Source: Malacoraja senta (taxonomy: Eukaryota). From it: a DNA stretch of 64,000 nt. The stretch is from positions 3,968,001-4,032,000 of the forward strand of contig CM075989.1 of assembly GCA_038087875.1 (NCBI GenBank), given 5' to 3'. The notes below the pieces were generated by a model. That model worked only from the letters and a program-made list of their open reading frames with translations. It was not told where the DNA came from and made no database searches. Shown here one piece after another: positions 37,401 through 52,400 of the stretch. The position numbers and the translations under genes are program-made. The first letter of the stretch is position 1. Each line of letters starts with the position of its first letter.

Positions 37401-40400
37401 AGAATTAGGCCATTTAGTCCATCAAGTTTACTCTGCCATTCAATCATGGCTGATCTATCTTTCCTCTCAGCCCCATTCTCCTACCTTTTCCCCGTAACCC
37501 CTGACACCCTTACTAATCGAGAATATGCCAATCTGCGCCTTAAAATATCAATTGACGGCCTCCACAGCCGTCTGTGACAGTGAGTTCCACCCTCTGACTA
37601 AAGAAATTCCTCATCACCTTTCTAAAGGAACGTCCTTTTATTCTGAGGCTATGGCCTCTGGTCACAGAATCTCCGACCAGTGGAAACATCCTCTCCATAA
37701 CCACTCTATCCAGGCTGTTCACTATTTGGTAAGTTTCATTGAGGTTCTCCCTCGTCTATCTCAATTCCAGCAAGTACAGGCCCAGTGTCTTCAAATGCTC
37801 ATCATATGTTATAAATCATAGTCATAAATATGTATGAAATCACCTTGCAACATAAATGCCTTCTACCTTCTAAACAGACTGGAGGTACTAGGAGCCATCT
37901 CGTGTAGCCTTGTGCCAACAGTTTTAATCATGGAGTCGTACAATTCTACATGGCTTTTTAAGCAGAGTTAAGCTCTCCCAAGTACTTTGAAGAGGAGGCA
38001 GACATGGCAAACAGTGTGCAACATTTTAAGAAAATATAGTACACCTTTACCAATTTAGTAACAAGTTTAAAGCCAAATGTAAAGCTAAAGTGAGCTGGGG
38101 GAGATTTGAAGCATGAAAACTGAGTCAGAACAAATGAAAAGGGTTAAGAAGAAAGCAGTTGGTGTAAAGTTTCACTACAGGAGTTAAGTTGCAGCACTGG
38201 CCCTACGGATAAACACCAGAAAAACTGGTATTGGGTAGTTTATTGTGAAAGTCTTTTGAACTGGCAGAATAAAGTGGTTCACAGGATCATTACAGGTACT
38301 TCCGGTGAAAGAAGACGATGCAGTGAGAATGTTGGTGGGATTATGATTCATCAGAGGGTTTGTTCTTTTGGGATCTTGTGCATGCCCTTTTGGTATCTTG
38401 TGCAATCTTGCAGCTAAAAGTTTGATTAAAAGTTTGATTAAAATAAATCATTAAAACCAGTGGGGTAGGGGAATCAAAGAACACAGGGGCATACGTTTAA
38501 GGTGAGAGGGGCAAGATACATAGAAACATAGAAAATAGGTGCAGGAGGAGGCCATTCGGCCCTTTGAGCCAGCACCGCCATTCATTGTGATCAAGGCTGA
38601 TTGTCCCCAATCAATAACCCTTGCCTGCCTTCTCCCCATATCCTTTGATACCACTAGCCCCTAGAGCTCTATCTAACTCTCTCTTAAATCCATCCAGTGA
38701 TTTGGCCTCCACTGCCCTCTGGCAGGGAATTCCACAAATTCACAACTCTCTGGGTGAAAAGGTTTTTTCTCACCTCAGTCTTAAATGGCCTCCCCTTTAT
38801 TCTAAGACTGTGTCCTCTGGTTCTGGACTCGCCCAACATTGATACGAATCTGAGGAGCAACATTTTCACTTAGAGGGTGGTGGGTAAATGGAACAAGTTG
38901 CCAGAGGAGACCATATGACATGGGAGCATAATTAGGCCATTCGGCCCATTGAGTCTGCTGCACCATTCGATCACGAGTGATCTATTTTTCTCCCTCAACG
39001 CCGTTCTCCAGCTTCCACCCCGTAAACTTTGAGGCCCTTACTATCAATCTCCGTTTTAAAAATACCCAATATCTTGTCCTCCACACCTGTGGCAATGAAT
39101 TTCACATTTTCACCACCCTTTTCACTAAAGAAATTGCTCCTCATTTCCATTCTAAAGGCATGGACCATTCTGTGCCCTCTGGTCCATGACTCTCCCATTA
39201 CTGGAAACATCCTTTCCACATCCACTCTATCTGGGCCTCTCATTATCTGTGTCGTCAAACGCACCTTGTCTGTTAACCCATTCATCCCTGGGATTATTCT
39301 TGTAAATCTCTGGACCCTCCAACACCAGCACATCCTTCCTCAGATATGGGGCCCAAAACCGCTCACAATCTTCCAGATGTGGCTTCGCCAGAGATGAGGA
39401 GGAATTTCTTTAGTCAGAGGATGGTGAATCTGTGGAATTCATTGCCACAGATAGTTGCGGAGGCCAAGTCATTGGGTATTTTTAAGGCACAGATTCTTGA
39501 TTAGTATAGCTTGTCAGGGGTTATGGGGAGAAGGCACGAGAATGGGGTTGAGAGGGAAAGATAGATCAGCCATGATTGAATGGTGTAGACTTGATGGGCT
39601 GAATGGCCTAATTCTGCTCCTATCACTTATGAACCTGTGAGCAAGGAACTGCAAGTGCTGGTTTACAAAAAAAAATAACCTGTGGTCATGATTTTAGGCT
39701 CATCACTTGCCTGGAGCTACTCTGGCTGAACTGGCAAGCCTGTATGTTGATGCCATAAAAGGAGGCAGCATTATGAATGGCAAATCGCTCGATCTCTTCC
39801 CTACGATACTTACAGTTCTGGCCTCTCAAGAAAGCCTTAGCTATGGTGGAGGTAGGCAAAGTTAGTTAACTGCATGAAGTGAAGCATGTACCATAATCCT
39901 GTGTAAAACATTTTTGTTATTTGAATGATCTACCTTTAAGGGATTATTGCTGCCTGTTATGTATAACATTACACCGTTTTTATTCTGTTTATGTTTTGCC
40001 AGGTCAGTTGTCTGGTGAAGAATACAAGAAACAATTGATAAATACTCTCTGCTCCAGTCGGCAAGTATCAACATGTCTGGCTATATGGAAATACTACATC
40101 TAGATGGAATTATTTTAGGAAATTTGATATTTAACTGAGAAGCAATTAGCCACCTAATAATTGAATCTATTGTACTTGAAGTTTTTGATAATCGTAAATC
40201 CTGGTATCATTTGCAGTACTGTTCCAAAAACACCATTAACTCCAGGGCTACGTTGCAGGAGCATTCAGTACCATTCAGTATTTTGAATGGTGGGTAATTG
40301 CTCTCAAAATGCCTGAGGATATCTCTCTGTTTTATTCAGCATGTGCAGAAACAACATGTAAATGGAGTTATTATAGACTAATCATTACAGGAGCTCTGTG

Positions 40401-43400
40401 ATACATAGTCCAATGGCTGTTTCCACAATTGGTTTAATGTCATGCAAGGACTAACTCAACTGAGAGTCTACTGACTGAAGAAGGGTCTCCACCTGAAATG
40501 TCACCCATTCCTTCTCTCCAGAGACGCTGCCTGTCCCGCTGAGTTACTCCAACATTTTGTGTCCATCTGAGAGTCTACTGATTCAGCCTAGAAATGGAGT
40601 ATGAATTTGATGCACATGAATCTCGATCATTCTACTCCTAACTCCAGCATACGTTTTATTGGGATTGTAAGAGCTATAGAGTCAAACAGTATGGAAACAG
40701 GCTCTTCGGCCCAACCTGCCCACACTGACCAACATGCCCCATCTACGCTAGTTCCACTTGCCTGTGTGTAGCCCATATCCCTCAAAATCCTGTACTATCC
40801 ATGTACCTGCGGTAATGCTTCTTAAACGTTGGGATAATCCTGGTCTCAATTATCTCCGTCGGCAGCCCGTTTCATGCACCCACCAGCTTTTGTGTGAAAA
40901 AGTTACTACTCAGTTCCTATATAATCTTGTAATATAAAATTGCTATATTGTATATGCTTTTGTGTTTAAACAGTTTCTTGGAATTCTTCTTGGATAGATG
41001 AATGGTGTGACTACATTTTTGAAATGTAAATGTTTTGAATATTTTTCAGGTGGGATCCGAAATGTGTGATTCACCTCGCATCCATGTTCAGGTTAAAAAT
41101 TGTCTGATTTGAACAGCTTAATCACTTCATTTTAATAATAATTTCCTCATTAAATAAACACTCTGTGTCTAAATGGCCATTCTTGTTCACCCCCATTCCT
41201 GTAGAGATGTACCTGTCAGTACAGAAGAGCTTCAGTTTGTAATGGTGAAAGTGCTGAAGATGTTTCCCAGGTTGGATCTGCAGGAGCTTCCTCCACTTGT
41301 CTACCAGTTACTCCTCCTCTCTGCCAAGGTATGGTGGTGGTGTGTGGCAATCTAAGATTTTAATAAATACAGGCTAACCATATTTCAATCATAAAATGTA
41401 CATTAGTTTAGTTTATTGTCACGTGTATAGGTACAGTGAAAAGCTTTTGTTGAGTGTTAATCAGTCAGCAGAAAGACAATACATGATTACAATCGAGCCA
41501 TTTACATGATAACGGAATAACGTTCAGTGCATAGTAAAGCCAATAAAGTCCAATCAAAGATAGTCCGAGGGTCACCAATGAGGTAGATAGTAGTTCATGA
41601 CTGCTCTCTGGTTGTGGTGGGATGATTATATTCAAAGCGTTGCAGTTGGAATTGAAAAATTAAAACGGTCAGTGCACTTTAGTGATTATTTCTCTTATTC
41701 TTAACAGGGCTGTAAGAAAATTCTTCTGGAAGGAATCATAAAATTTTTCCATCAGCAGGATCAATTGCAAAAAGAAGAACAGATGGGAACTGAGTGAGTT
41801 TTAACTATTTCTCACTTAACCATTTAAAGGTTGACGTCTACCTTTGTTATCAAGACCGTGAAGATAGTACATGTTGGCGCAGCGGTAGAGTTGCTGCATT
41901 ACAGCGCCAGAGACCCGGGTTCGATCCTGACTACGGGTGCTGTCTGTGCGGAGTTTGTACGTTCTCCCCATGACCTGCGTGGGTTTTCCCCGGGTGCTCC
42001 GGTTTCCTCCCACATTTCAACGACGTACAGGTTTGTAGGTTAATTGGCTTTGGTAAAATTATAAATTGTCCCTAGTGTGTGTAGGATAGTGTTAGTGTAG
42101 GGGATCGCTGGTCGTTGCGGATTCCGTGAGCTGAGGGACCTGTTTCCGCGCTGTATCTCTAAACTATTTTTTTTTTTAAATCTGAGCATAATGCTCTCCT
42201 TACACGGTGAATGACTTGATGGAGATAAATTACAATTACTTGTTACTTTCCCAACACATTCAACACATACCCTCTCTCTTTCTGCTTAGTCTCATAACTA
42301 TTACAGAAATTCTAGTTTTCCTATACTCTAAATTGCTTCACTGTTCCTTTTAACGTGCTGAGTTGTGCTTTGTTTTCAAGGTCCATGGAGTTGGAGGCTG
42401 CCTCTGTGCCAAAAGATCAGCTCCGTCATGTAGAGGGAACCATCATTCTTCACATTGTGTTTGCTATCAAATTGGACCATGACCTGGGCCGTGAACTCAT
42501 CAAATATCTGAAGGTCCGTTAGAGTCTCGTTTCTGCTTTATCATTATTGCAAAGTATATAATGGCAGCTGTGCAGGACACCATTAAGCTTGTGAAACATT
42601 TGAGATGAAACAACAAAGGAAATGTTGGAATAGGATTCAAAAATCTTCCAATTGCAAATGAGAGAGGAGATTAATACACAAACTGTTTGCAGTTTGGAGA
42701 CTGGTTGAACTTGAGTTGGTTTAGGGTGGAGGCTGGAAGAGAGGTGGGGGCAGGACACAGCCTGGCAAGTGACAGCTGGATACAACCAAGTGAGGGGGTG
42801 TTTGATAGGCAGATGGTTGAACAAAGGCCAGAGATAAAAAGACAACATGTGTAAGGTAAGTATGTAAGAGATGCAAATTGTGAAGGAATGTTTGTAGAGG
42901 GGGAAGAGGAGAATTGGGTGTGAATCTAGGTGGGGTACAGGAAAGAGTGGGAGTAAAGGAGGTGCTGTTTGTAGGATAGTAACCTGAAATTGGTGAATTC
43001 AGTGTTCATCCCACGACCAGTCACTTCCTCCCAGCCCCACCCCTTTCTGCCTTCCACAGAGATGGATCGCTCTGCAACTCCTTGGTTCACTCATCCCTTC
43101 CCACCCAAACCACCCCCTCTCAGATAGTTTCCCCTGCAACCACCTGTCCGTATACCTCCTCGCTCGCCTCTGTCCAGAGACCTCAGCAGTCCTTCCAGGT
43201 GAGACAGTGGTCCATGTGCACCTTGTCTTACCTCATCCACTGCATATGGTATTTACAGTGTCTTTCTCTTTCACCATATGCAATTTTTCTTTTAACATCA
43301 CTGATGTCTCGTTTCCTTGAATTATCATTTTTATGGGGTATTAATAGTCCCGCTGGTGCCAGCAGGTTCCCTGCATCATGAGGTAACTAATCAACTGGAC

Positions 43401-46400
43401 AAAAAAATAGAGACATAGAATCATACAGAATGGAAACAGGACCTTTGGCCCAACTTGCCCACACTGACCAACTTGTCCCATCTACCCTAGTCCCACTTGC
43501 CTGTGCTTGACCCATATCGCTCGAAACCTGTCCTATCCATGTACCTGTCCAATTGCTTCTTAAACATTTTGATAGTCCCAGCCTCAAATACCTCCTCCAG
43601 CAGCTCGTCCAATATACCCACCATCCTTTGTGTGGAAAAAGTTACCCCTCAGATTCCTATAAAATCTTTCCCCCTTCGCCTTAAACCTCCATCCTCTGGT
43701 TCTTGATTCCCCTTCTCTGGGCAAGAGACTGTGCATCTACTCGATCTATTCCTCTCATGATTTTATACACCTCTATAAGTTCACCCCTCATCCTCCTGCG
43801 CGCCAAGGAATATAGTTCCAGCCTGCTCAAACTTTCCCAATAGCTCAGACCCACGAGTCCTGGCAACATCCTTCCAAATCTTCTTTGCACCCTTTCCAAC
43901 TTAACAACATCTTTCCTATAACATGGTGCCCAGAACTGAACACAGTACTGTAAATGCAGCCTCACCAACATCCTATGTAACTGCGACATGATCTCCCAAC
44001 TTCTGAACTCACTACTGTGAGTTACGACGGCCAAAGTGCCTAAAGCTTTTTTGACCATTGTGACGCCACCTTCAAGGAACAAAAATGTTGGAGAAAAAGA
44101 GGGTTTTCCTAGAAATTCTATATATGTATTTTAAATGAAGTCAAATTGTTCTGACTAATAGAAGCCTTGTTTTATGTTTGTCCCCTCTCTAGGCTGGGCA
44201 GCAAGGGGACACTAGTTTGGTTCTCTGCTCTTTTAGCATTGCTCTCTTGCTTTCGGTAGCAAGGATACACCGATTTGAGGATCAGGTACGTTATTTTGAG
44301 TAATTAATTGTTTAACTTAAAATCTACTTGAGTTGAGAGCTGATGAAGAATCTTATATTCACACTGAATCATCATAACGTTAGACATTAGATTAGTGATG
44401 TCAAGGATATAGGTCTAAAAATTAATTGCAAAGCACAAGATTTGGAACAATGTGATTGGATTTTCCCTAATCCCGAAAAGTAGCATTCTGGAAATTCTAT
44501 CTGGATATTCAGAAATGTGACACATGGCGTTCATGGAAGTGGAAACTAGGAACTGCAGATGCTGGTTTACAAACATAAGACACAATGCCCTGGAGTAATT
44601 CAGGGTCAGGCAGCTAGAAGAGAGGGGCAGGACAAAATGTGTGGTCTCGACCCAAAACGTCACCCATTCCTTCTCTCCAGAAATGCTGTCTGTCCTGCTG
44701 AATTACGCCAGCTTTTTGTGTCTTTCTCGGGGCAGGACAAAGCCTGGCAGGTAATAGGTGTATTCCAGACTCTCTTCCAGCTTTATTTCCCCCGCCTCCT
44801 ACAATTAGTCTAAAGAAGGGTCCTGACCCAAAACGTCACCTAACCATGTTCTACAGAGATGCTGCCTGACTCCTTGATTTACTCCAGCACTTTGTCTTTT
44901 GCTGGGTATGTGCAATGTTATCAGTTGGCATGTGCAATTGTATTAAAGCCATGAGCTTCTGAAACAGGGTTGAGAGTGTTTAACTGTAATAGGTACTGAC
45001 AACAGTCCTTCTTGCAGCATGCCCGTAAATGCAATAGGCACTGAAAATATCTAATAATTTTTAAAAATGCAATAAATTAATTGTTAATACCAGTTCAAAA
45101 AACGTCTTTGGGACAACCAAAGACAGTCCATAGAAGTTCCTCTTTGCCGAGGTCAGTGTTGTGTAGTGTTCAAGAGCCTGATGGTCGTTTGGAAGAAGCT
45201 ATTCTTTATAGACAATAGGTGAAGGTGTAGGCCATTCGGCACTTCGAGCCATTCAATGTGATCATGGCTGATCATCCCCAATCAGTACCCTGTTCCTGCC
45301 TTCTCCCCATATCCCCTGACTCCGCTATCTCATCTATAACGAGTGCACCAATCCTGGTCTCTACACACTGCAATTTGTTCTCTCTTCCTTACCTATATGC
45401 TTCTGTGTAGACTTTTAGATCTCTCCTGTTTACTGATCTATTCCCTGATACGACTAAGCTTCCTTGTAACTGAGATTTCCCTCAAGTATTCCCAGCCCAT
45501 GCTAAAGTTTCACTATTCACCCAGATCATCTCTAACCCCTTCCCACCACCATTCTCATTATCTGTTATCCTCTCCACAGTCCTTTTTTGCTGTCTGTCTC
45601 ACCTTCTGCCCAACACGCACACCACAATCTCTGTTCTCTGAGTTGTTGTGGGATCACAGTTATGAAGTTATTGTCCGTGATTGCTTGCGCAAGGCCATTT
45701 TGAGTTTAGCTGTGTACCGAGGTACATTGAGGGTCACGTGTACCGAGGTACATTGAAAAGCTTTTGTTGCGTGCTAACCAGTCACCGGAAAGACAATACA
45801 TGATTACAACCGAGCCATCCACAGTGTACAGATACATGATAACGTTTAGTGCAAGTTAAAGTCCGATCAAAGATAGTCCGAGAATCTCCAATGAGGTAGA
45901 TAGTAGTTCAGGACTGCTCTCTAGTTGTTGGTAAGATGGTTCAGCTGCCTGATAACAGCTGGGCAGAAACTCCCTGAATTTGCTATGAAGTGCCTGGTGC
46001 TTTGTCTGTCATCCACAGTGGAGTATTGGGCAGGAGATGGACACAAAAAGCTGGAGTAACTCAGCGGGACAGGCAGCATCTATGGAGAGAAGGAATGGGT
46101 GACGTTTCTGGTCGAGACCCTTCTTCAGACTGGTTAGGAATAAGGGAAACGAGAGATATGGATGATGATGTGGAGAAATAAAGAACAAAGAAAGAAAGAT
46201 ATGCAAAAAAGTAATGATGATAAAGGAAACAGGCCATTGTAAGCTGTTTGCAGGGTGAAAATGAGAAACTAGGGGAGGGATTGAGAAAGAAGGATTGCCG
46301 GGGCCACCTGAAGTTAGGGCTGTAAGCAGCCCAAGCGAAATATGAGATGCTGTTCTTCCAATTGGCCTTTAGCCTCACTCTGATGTTGGGCCCTGTGTTG

Positions 46401-49400
46401 GAATCTTGAGTTGGAACTTCTGGGCCTTAATCCTCCTTGCTTAGCTGATCTTGTTCTCCCAGAATTACAAGAGAAACACATTTTATGTCAATTAGTTACA
46501 TTTTGAATGGTACGATTCACTACATTCTGAATGAATATTTTGAATTCACCTTTGAAAAGGCCAAGATTAGACTGTACTATTAAGAACTTGAAGGGAAGCG
46601 TGGTGACTCTGTGTGCTGTCTCTATGAAGTCCATTGATCTAACATTACAACTATTACACTTCTGTCTGATTGTTCTTAAGAATTTCACTGTACACACAAG
46701 GAACTGCAAATGTTGGTTTACAAACAAAGACACAAAGTGCTGGGGTAATTTTTCCGGTCAGGCAGCATCTCTGGAGAATATGAATAGGTGATGTTTTGGG
46801 TCATAAGTGATAGGAGCAGAATTGGGCCATTTGGCCCATCAACTCTACTCCGCCATTCAATCATGGCTGATCAATCTCTCACTCCTAACCCCATTCTCCT
46901 GCCTTCTCCCCACAACTCCTGACACCCATACTAATCAAGAAATCGGGATCTTTCATTAGACTTTTACTGTATCGAGGTGCATGTGAAATAAAGTGCCAAT
47001 AAACCATTGGGCCGTAATATGTTATAGTCCAATTGGAAGCAGTGAATGAGGTTGCTTAATAATCTTAGCAATTCAGTCTGTTTATCTGATTTATCGGATG
47101 GTTACAGTAGAGCAAGAATAGAATGATTCTACACAGGCAAATATCTTAATTTTAATATTCCCCTGCTTTCCTCAAGATTTTATTTATTTATTTGACTACA
47201 TTTAAATAGCAAGTTAGAACGTTTTGTACGGTCTGTCGTTTTGTTTCCAGACCGTACAAATGGTGACTATTAATAAAATAGAATAATAGATGGAATAAAT
47301 TAGCCACCGTAATACAGCATGAATGTGTCAAGATAGAAAGTCTGGGTTTATCTGCTTTGCAATGCAAATTGGGATTGAGGTAAAGTCGTTCACTGTCATG
47401 AGCACAAATACGGTGAGGTACAGGTACAATGAAAATTGTGCGTACAACAGAATCACAGGAACATAGACTCAGACAACATACAAAGGCATACATTACACAT
47501 AAATGGCACAAATCCTGTACGAACAGTGAAAAGAAAAGATTGCAAAGAGAAAGCGCAAAACACAACTAGAAAAAAAGTAAGTTGTGCAAGAGGTGTCTGT
47601 AGCGCCCCGTTGTCAAAGTAGGATTAGGGTTGTACAAGTTGGTTCAAGAACCTAAAGGTTGTAGGAAAGTATCTATTCTTGAACCTGGTGATGAGGGACT
47701 TCAGGCTTCTGTACTTCCTTCCCTTTAGTAGCAGCGAGACGAAAGCATTGCCCAGATGGTGGGAATCCTTGATGATAATGCCGCTATCTTGAGGTGGTGT
47801 CTTCAGTAGATGCTTTCGATGGTGGGAGGTCTGTGCCCGTGATCGGTCTCAGAGTAAGTCCACCATTTGCGGCAGCCTCTTCCATCCTGTGCAATGGAAT
47901 TGCCAAATCAGTCCATGATGCAACTAACCAGGTCACTTTCTATCGTTCATCCACAGAGGTTTGCAAAGAGTATTCGGTACTTGAATCTCTTTAAACTTCC
48001 AAGTTGAGATGTGGTGTGCCTACTTCGTAATTACAGGGGCGGAAATCCGGGGGGGTGGGCAGGGGGGACACGCGCCCCCCCGTTTTGAGAGGTGGGGGAC
48101 AATCCCCCCTTTTTTTGTAATCCGGATTTTAAAACCTGGTGAAATCTCCGCTTTCCGTGAGACAGTGGGGGTGGGACTGCTGATCGAAGGCACCAATTGG
48201 ACGAGAGAGACGTTGGTCAGCAGGAAATGGGGGGGACCATGATGATTCAGCGCGACTATTGGAGGAGGGAGGTGTCGGTCATAGGCAGATGTAGGTGGAC
48301 TGAGGATAGAGCGCGGTGATTGGAGGAGGGAGACGTCCTGGTGGAGCAAAGATCAGAGAGCGGAGCTTGAATTGCATGCCCAGGTCATAGGGTCACAAGT
48401 GAAAAACACTCTCGGCAGCCCTGGACACAGACCTGCATCTCATCCGCAGCCAGGATCGATTCTGGGTCTCCGGCGCTGCAATCGCTGCCGAACCGCCACT
48501 GGACCATCCCAGTCCCCACTTGAGTGACCCCCCCACGCCCGGGGGTAGCCAGAGACGTCGAGTCAGGCTGGAGGGTGCCCCCAGGCCCACAGCCAGCGCA
48601 GAGAAGCAACGCTAAATCCAGCTCAACTCTGCCTGTCCCGCCAGGTTAACCCACCAGCCCTACCTGGACTTACGGGAACGACGGCCCAGGTTTACAGCCA
48701 GCGCGGAGAAGCACCGCTAGCTCCACGGCTCCGGACTGGTGTCCGTCAGTCCAAGCAGGGCTGTAGTTTAACCCGGCAAGACAGGCAGAGTTGAGCTTGG
48801 TTTAGCGTTGCTTCTCCCCGCTGTAAGCCTGGGCCGTCGTTCCCGTAATTATCATCCACAGGGCCCACTGCTGTAGCTTCCGAAGCCTCGCGTGTGTGTG
48901 TGAGCGTGCGCATGCGCTCGCGGCCGCCAAGAAATTGCGCCCCCCGGTCCCCCCCATGTTTTAATAGCGATTTCCGTGCCTGCGTGATTACATCTATGTG
49001 CTGGGCTCAATACGTGTCATCCGAGATGTTAACTCCCAGGAATTTGAAGCTGCTAACACTCTCCACTCCCAACCCACTGATGAAAACTGGCGTGTGGTCT
49101 CCTGACTTCCCCTTTCTGAAGCCAACGATTTGTTTCTGGGGAAGCGACACAGTGCTGGAGTAACTCGGCGGGTCAGGTAGCATTCTTGGATGCTATGACG
49201 GTTCAGATCAGGAATCTTTCAGTTTCATGGTCTTGGTGACATTGAGCCATAATTGAATGGCGGAGTAGACTTGATGGACCAAATGACCTAATTCTGCTCC
49301 TATAACATAAACATGATATCAGGAATTGTCTTGCTTTCAATTGTGCACTTCCACTATACTTGTTTATTCCAAAATAATTAAAAATATCTTCAATCTTCAA

Positions 49401-52400
49401 CATTGGTTATCTGTACTTAATGGAATAAAGCTCGTTGCTGACATGGCTAAAATATGAACAGGATTTACATTTACGGGAGGTAGATTTTGTTGATGATTTT
49501 GTTTATTTTTCTTTTTAGGTGTTTGAATTTCTAAAAACATCGACTATTAAAAGTTTTAAGGATAGACTGTTCCAGCAGAATTCAAAATTTCTCCAGGATT
49601 TGATCCCTGCTCAATGCAGTGTATCTGAAATGATTTTGGAGACTGTGTCAAACAGGTTTGTACTTTTACTAAAGCACACTTTTGTGAATGCCGAAACTGG
49701 AACAATTTGCTGGAAGTACTCAGCAAATCAGTCAGAGTCTGACAGCATATGACAGGCCTTTTGGCCCAACTCGTCCATTCTGCCCCATCTAAGCTAGTCC
49801 CTTTATCCTGATTTGACCCATATCCCTCTCAACGTTTCATGTTACTGTCTAAATGTTGTTATTGTACCTGCCCCATCTTCTGACAGCTCGTTCCATATAC
49901 CCACCAGGCTCTGTATGAAAAAGCTGTCCCTATTAAATCTTTCTCTATTAACCTTAAACGTATTCCCCTACCCTGGGGATAAATTACCTATCTATTCCCC
50001 TCATAATTTGACACACCTCTATAAGATCACCCCCTCACCCTTCGGACCTCCGAGGAATAACGTCCTAGCTTGTTTAACCCCTCCCTAAAACTCAGGCTCT
50101 CTGGTCCTGTCAACATCATCATTAATCTTCTCTGTACTCCCAGTCTAATGTCTCGTTTTCTATAGCAGGGTGACCAAAAATGAACACAATACTCACCAAG
50201 TGCGGCCTCATCAATGTCAAGTACAATTGTAACGTAATGTCTCAAGGTTTCAAGGTCAGTTTATTGTCACATGTACCAATTAAGGTACAGTGAAATTTGA
50301 GTTACCATACCGCCATACTAAGTGAAAAGCAACAAGACACACAACCACATCAATGTTAACATAAACATCCATCACAGTGTTTCCACATTCCTCACTGTGA
50401 TGGAAGGCAATAAAGTTCAATCTTCTTCCTCTTTGTTCTCCCGCGGTCGGGGCAGTCAAACCATCCGCAGATGGGGCGATCAAAGCCTCCGCAGCTGACG
50501 ATCGAAGCCCCTGTTGGGGTGATCGAAACTCCCACATCGGGGCAGTTGAAACTCTCTCCACGCCATGCAGCTCCCGAGTCGGACACTTCTTACCAGAGAC
50601 CGTGGGCTTCACAATGTTAAAGTCCACAGACCCTGCATTTGGAGCTTCGATCCCCGGCAAAGGGATCGCAAGCTCCGCGATGTTATAGTCCCACAGACTC
50701 CCGCGGCTTGGAGCGCCCGTCGGTCTCCAGAAAAGGCCACCAACTCCACGATGTTAGGCCACAGAGGGGATGGAGATACGATACGGTAAAAATCGCATCT
50801 CCGTCGAGGTAAGAGATTTAAAAAAAAGTTCCCCAACTCCACCCCCCCCATAAAACAAACCAATGAATACTAATACATACTTTTTAACACATACTAAAAA
50901 TAATCAAATGATGAAAGGACAGACAGACCGTTGGCGAGGCAGCCACTGCAGTTTGGTTCTATAAAATGTTTGGATTCCTCCTGAGGCTTTATCTTTGTTT
51001 CTTTCTGCAGTGTATTTGGGTGGGACCACGTTACACAATCACTGGTACACCTGGGATTTATATTCATGGATTCCTTTGGACCAAAAGGAGGTCCTTTTGG
51101 GAGAGTTGTGGAAATCAATCCAGTGGCAGCAAAAACGCCAGCTCAACAGGCCTCTCGACTGGGAGCCAAGATTCTTCTGGAAACTTTCAAGGTGAGTGTG
51201 ACAGAATGTGTTCACAATCCAATGTGTTCACAATTAGTTGCAGTGAGGTGGTGAAATGTAACATGCATTTTGCAGAGAATGATTTGGAATGAATGGTTTA
51301 TTTTCATTTCTATTCATTGAGGATAATATATCCTTGAGGACATTACAAGATTTGCTGTTCATCAGAAAATGTCACAGGCTCATCTGAGCAACTGGAAGAG
51401 ATGTATCTTGTCCTAATAATGAGTGCTTCGTAATATGTTTTAATTTTAAAAAAGGGCTGGAGTAACAGCGGGGTCAGGCAGCCTCTGTGGAGGACATGGA
51501 TAGGCGATGTTTCGGGTCAGGCCCTTTATTCAGACTTCAGGTCTGAAGAAGGCTCGAGATTCAAAACATTGCTTGTCAGTATTCTCCAGAGATGCTGCCT
51601 GACCCGCAGTGTTACTCGAGCATTTTGTGCATCTTTTTGGTAAACCAGCATCTGCAGTTTCTTGTGTCTCTTAATTTAATCATCTTGCTTTGAATATTTT
51701 ACACTTGATGCTTCGAATAACCAGTTTGTTTGATAAGCAACAAAATTAAAGTGTTTAAAAAATATATATTATCATCTTTCTCCTCCCAACCTTCTCCCTC
51801 CTGCCATTTATTCAGGTGCATGAGCCAATAAGGAGTGAAATCTTGGAGCAAGTTCTGAACAGGGTGGTGACAAAGACATCCTCACCCATCAGTCAGTACA
51901 TAGGCAAGTACTTGCATAACATAAACTTTTTAAATTAATTGTGCTAATGGGGCAGAGAGTGAAGAAGGTTGGTTTACACTTGCTTTTGAATTGGCTGATT
52001 CACCAAACTAAATTTTCAAACAGCAGGTGAAGTTGGGGATGAGGGAATCGAAAGATATTAGTATTCAGTTTCTTCCTATGCAAATAGAGTTTTTACACAA
52101 AGATTACAATTGGCCTTGTGTTTGAGTCGAGATCGCAGCTTCTGTGAATAGATTAAACGTGAATTTCATTCTGCGAGCTGCAGCCTCGACATGTTCAAAG
52201 GTCAGTTTATTGTCACAATGTACCAATTAAGGTACAGTGAAACTCGAATTACCATACAGCCATGCTAAAAAAAAGCAACAAGACACACAACTACATAAAA
52301 GTTAACATAAACATACACAACAGCGGATTCCCACATTCCTCACTATGATGGAAGGCAATAAAGTCCAAACTTCTTCCTCATTCTCCTGGGGCAGTCGAAC

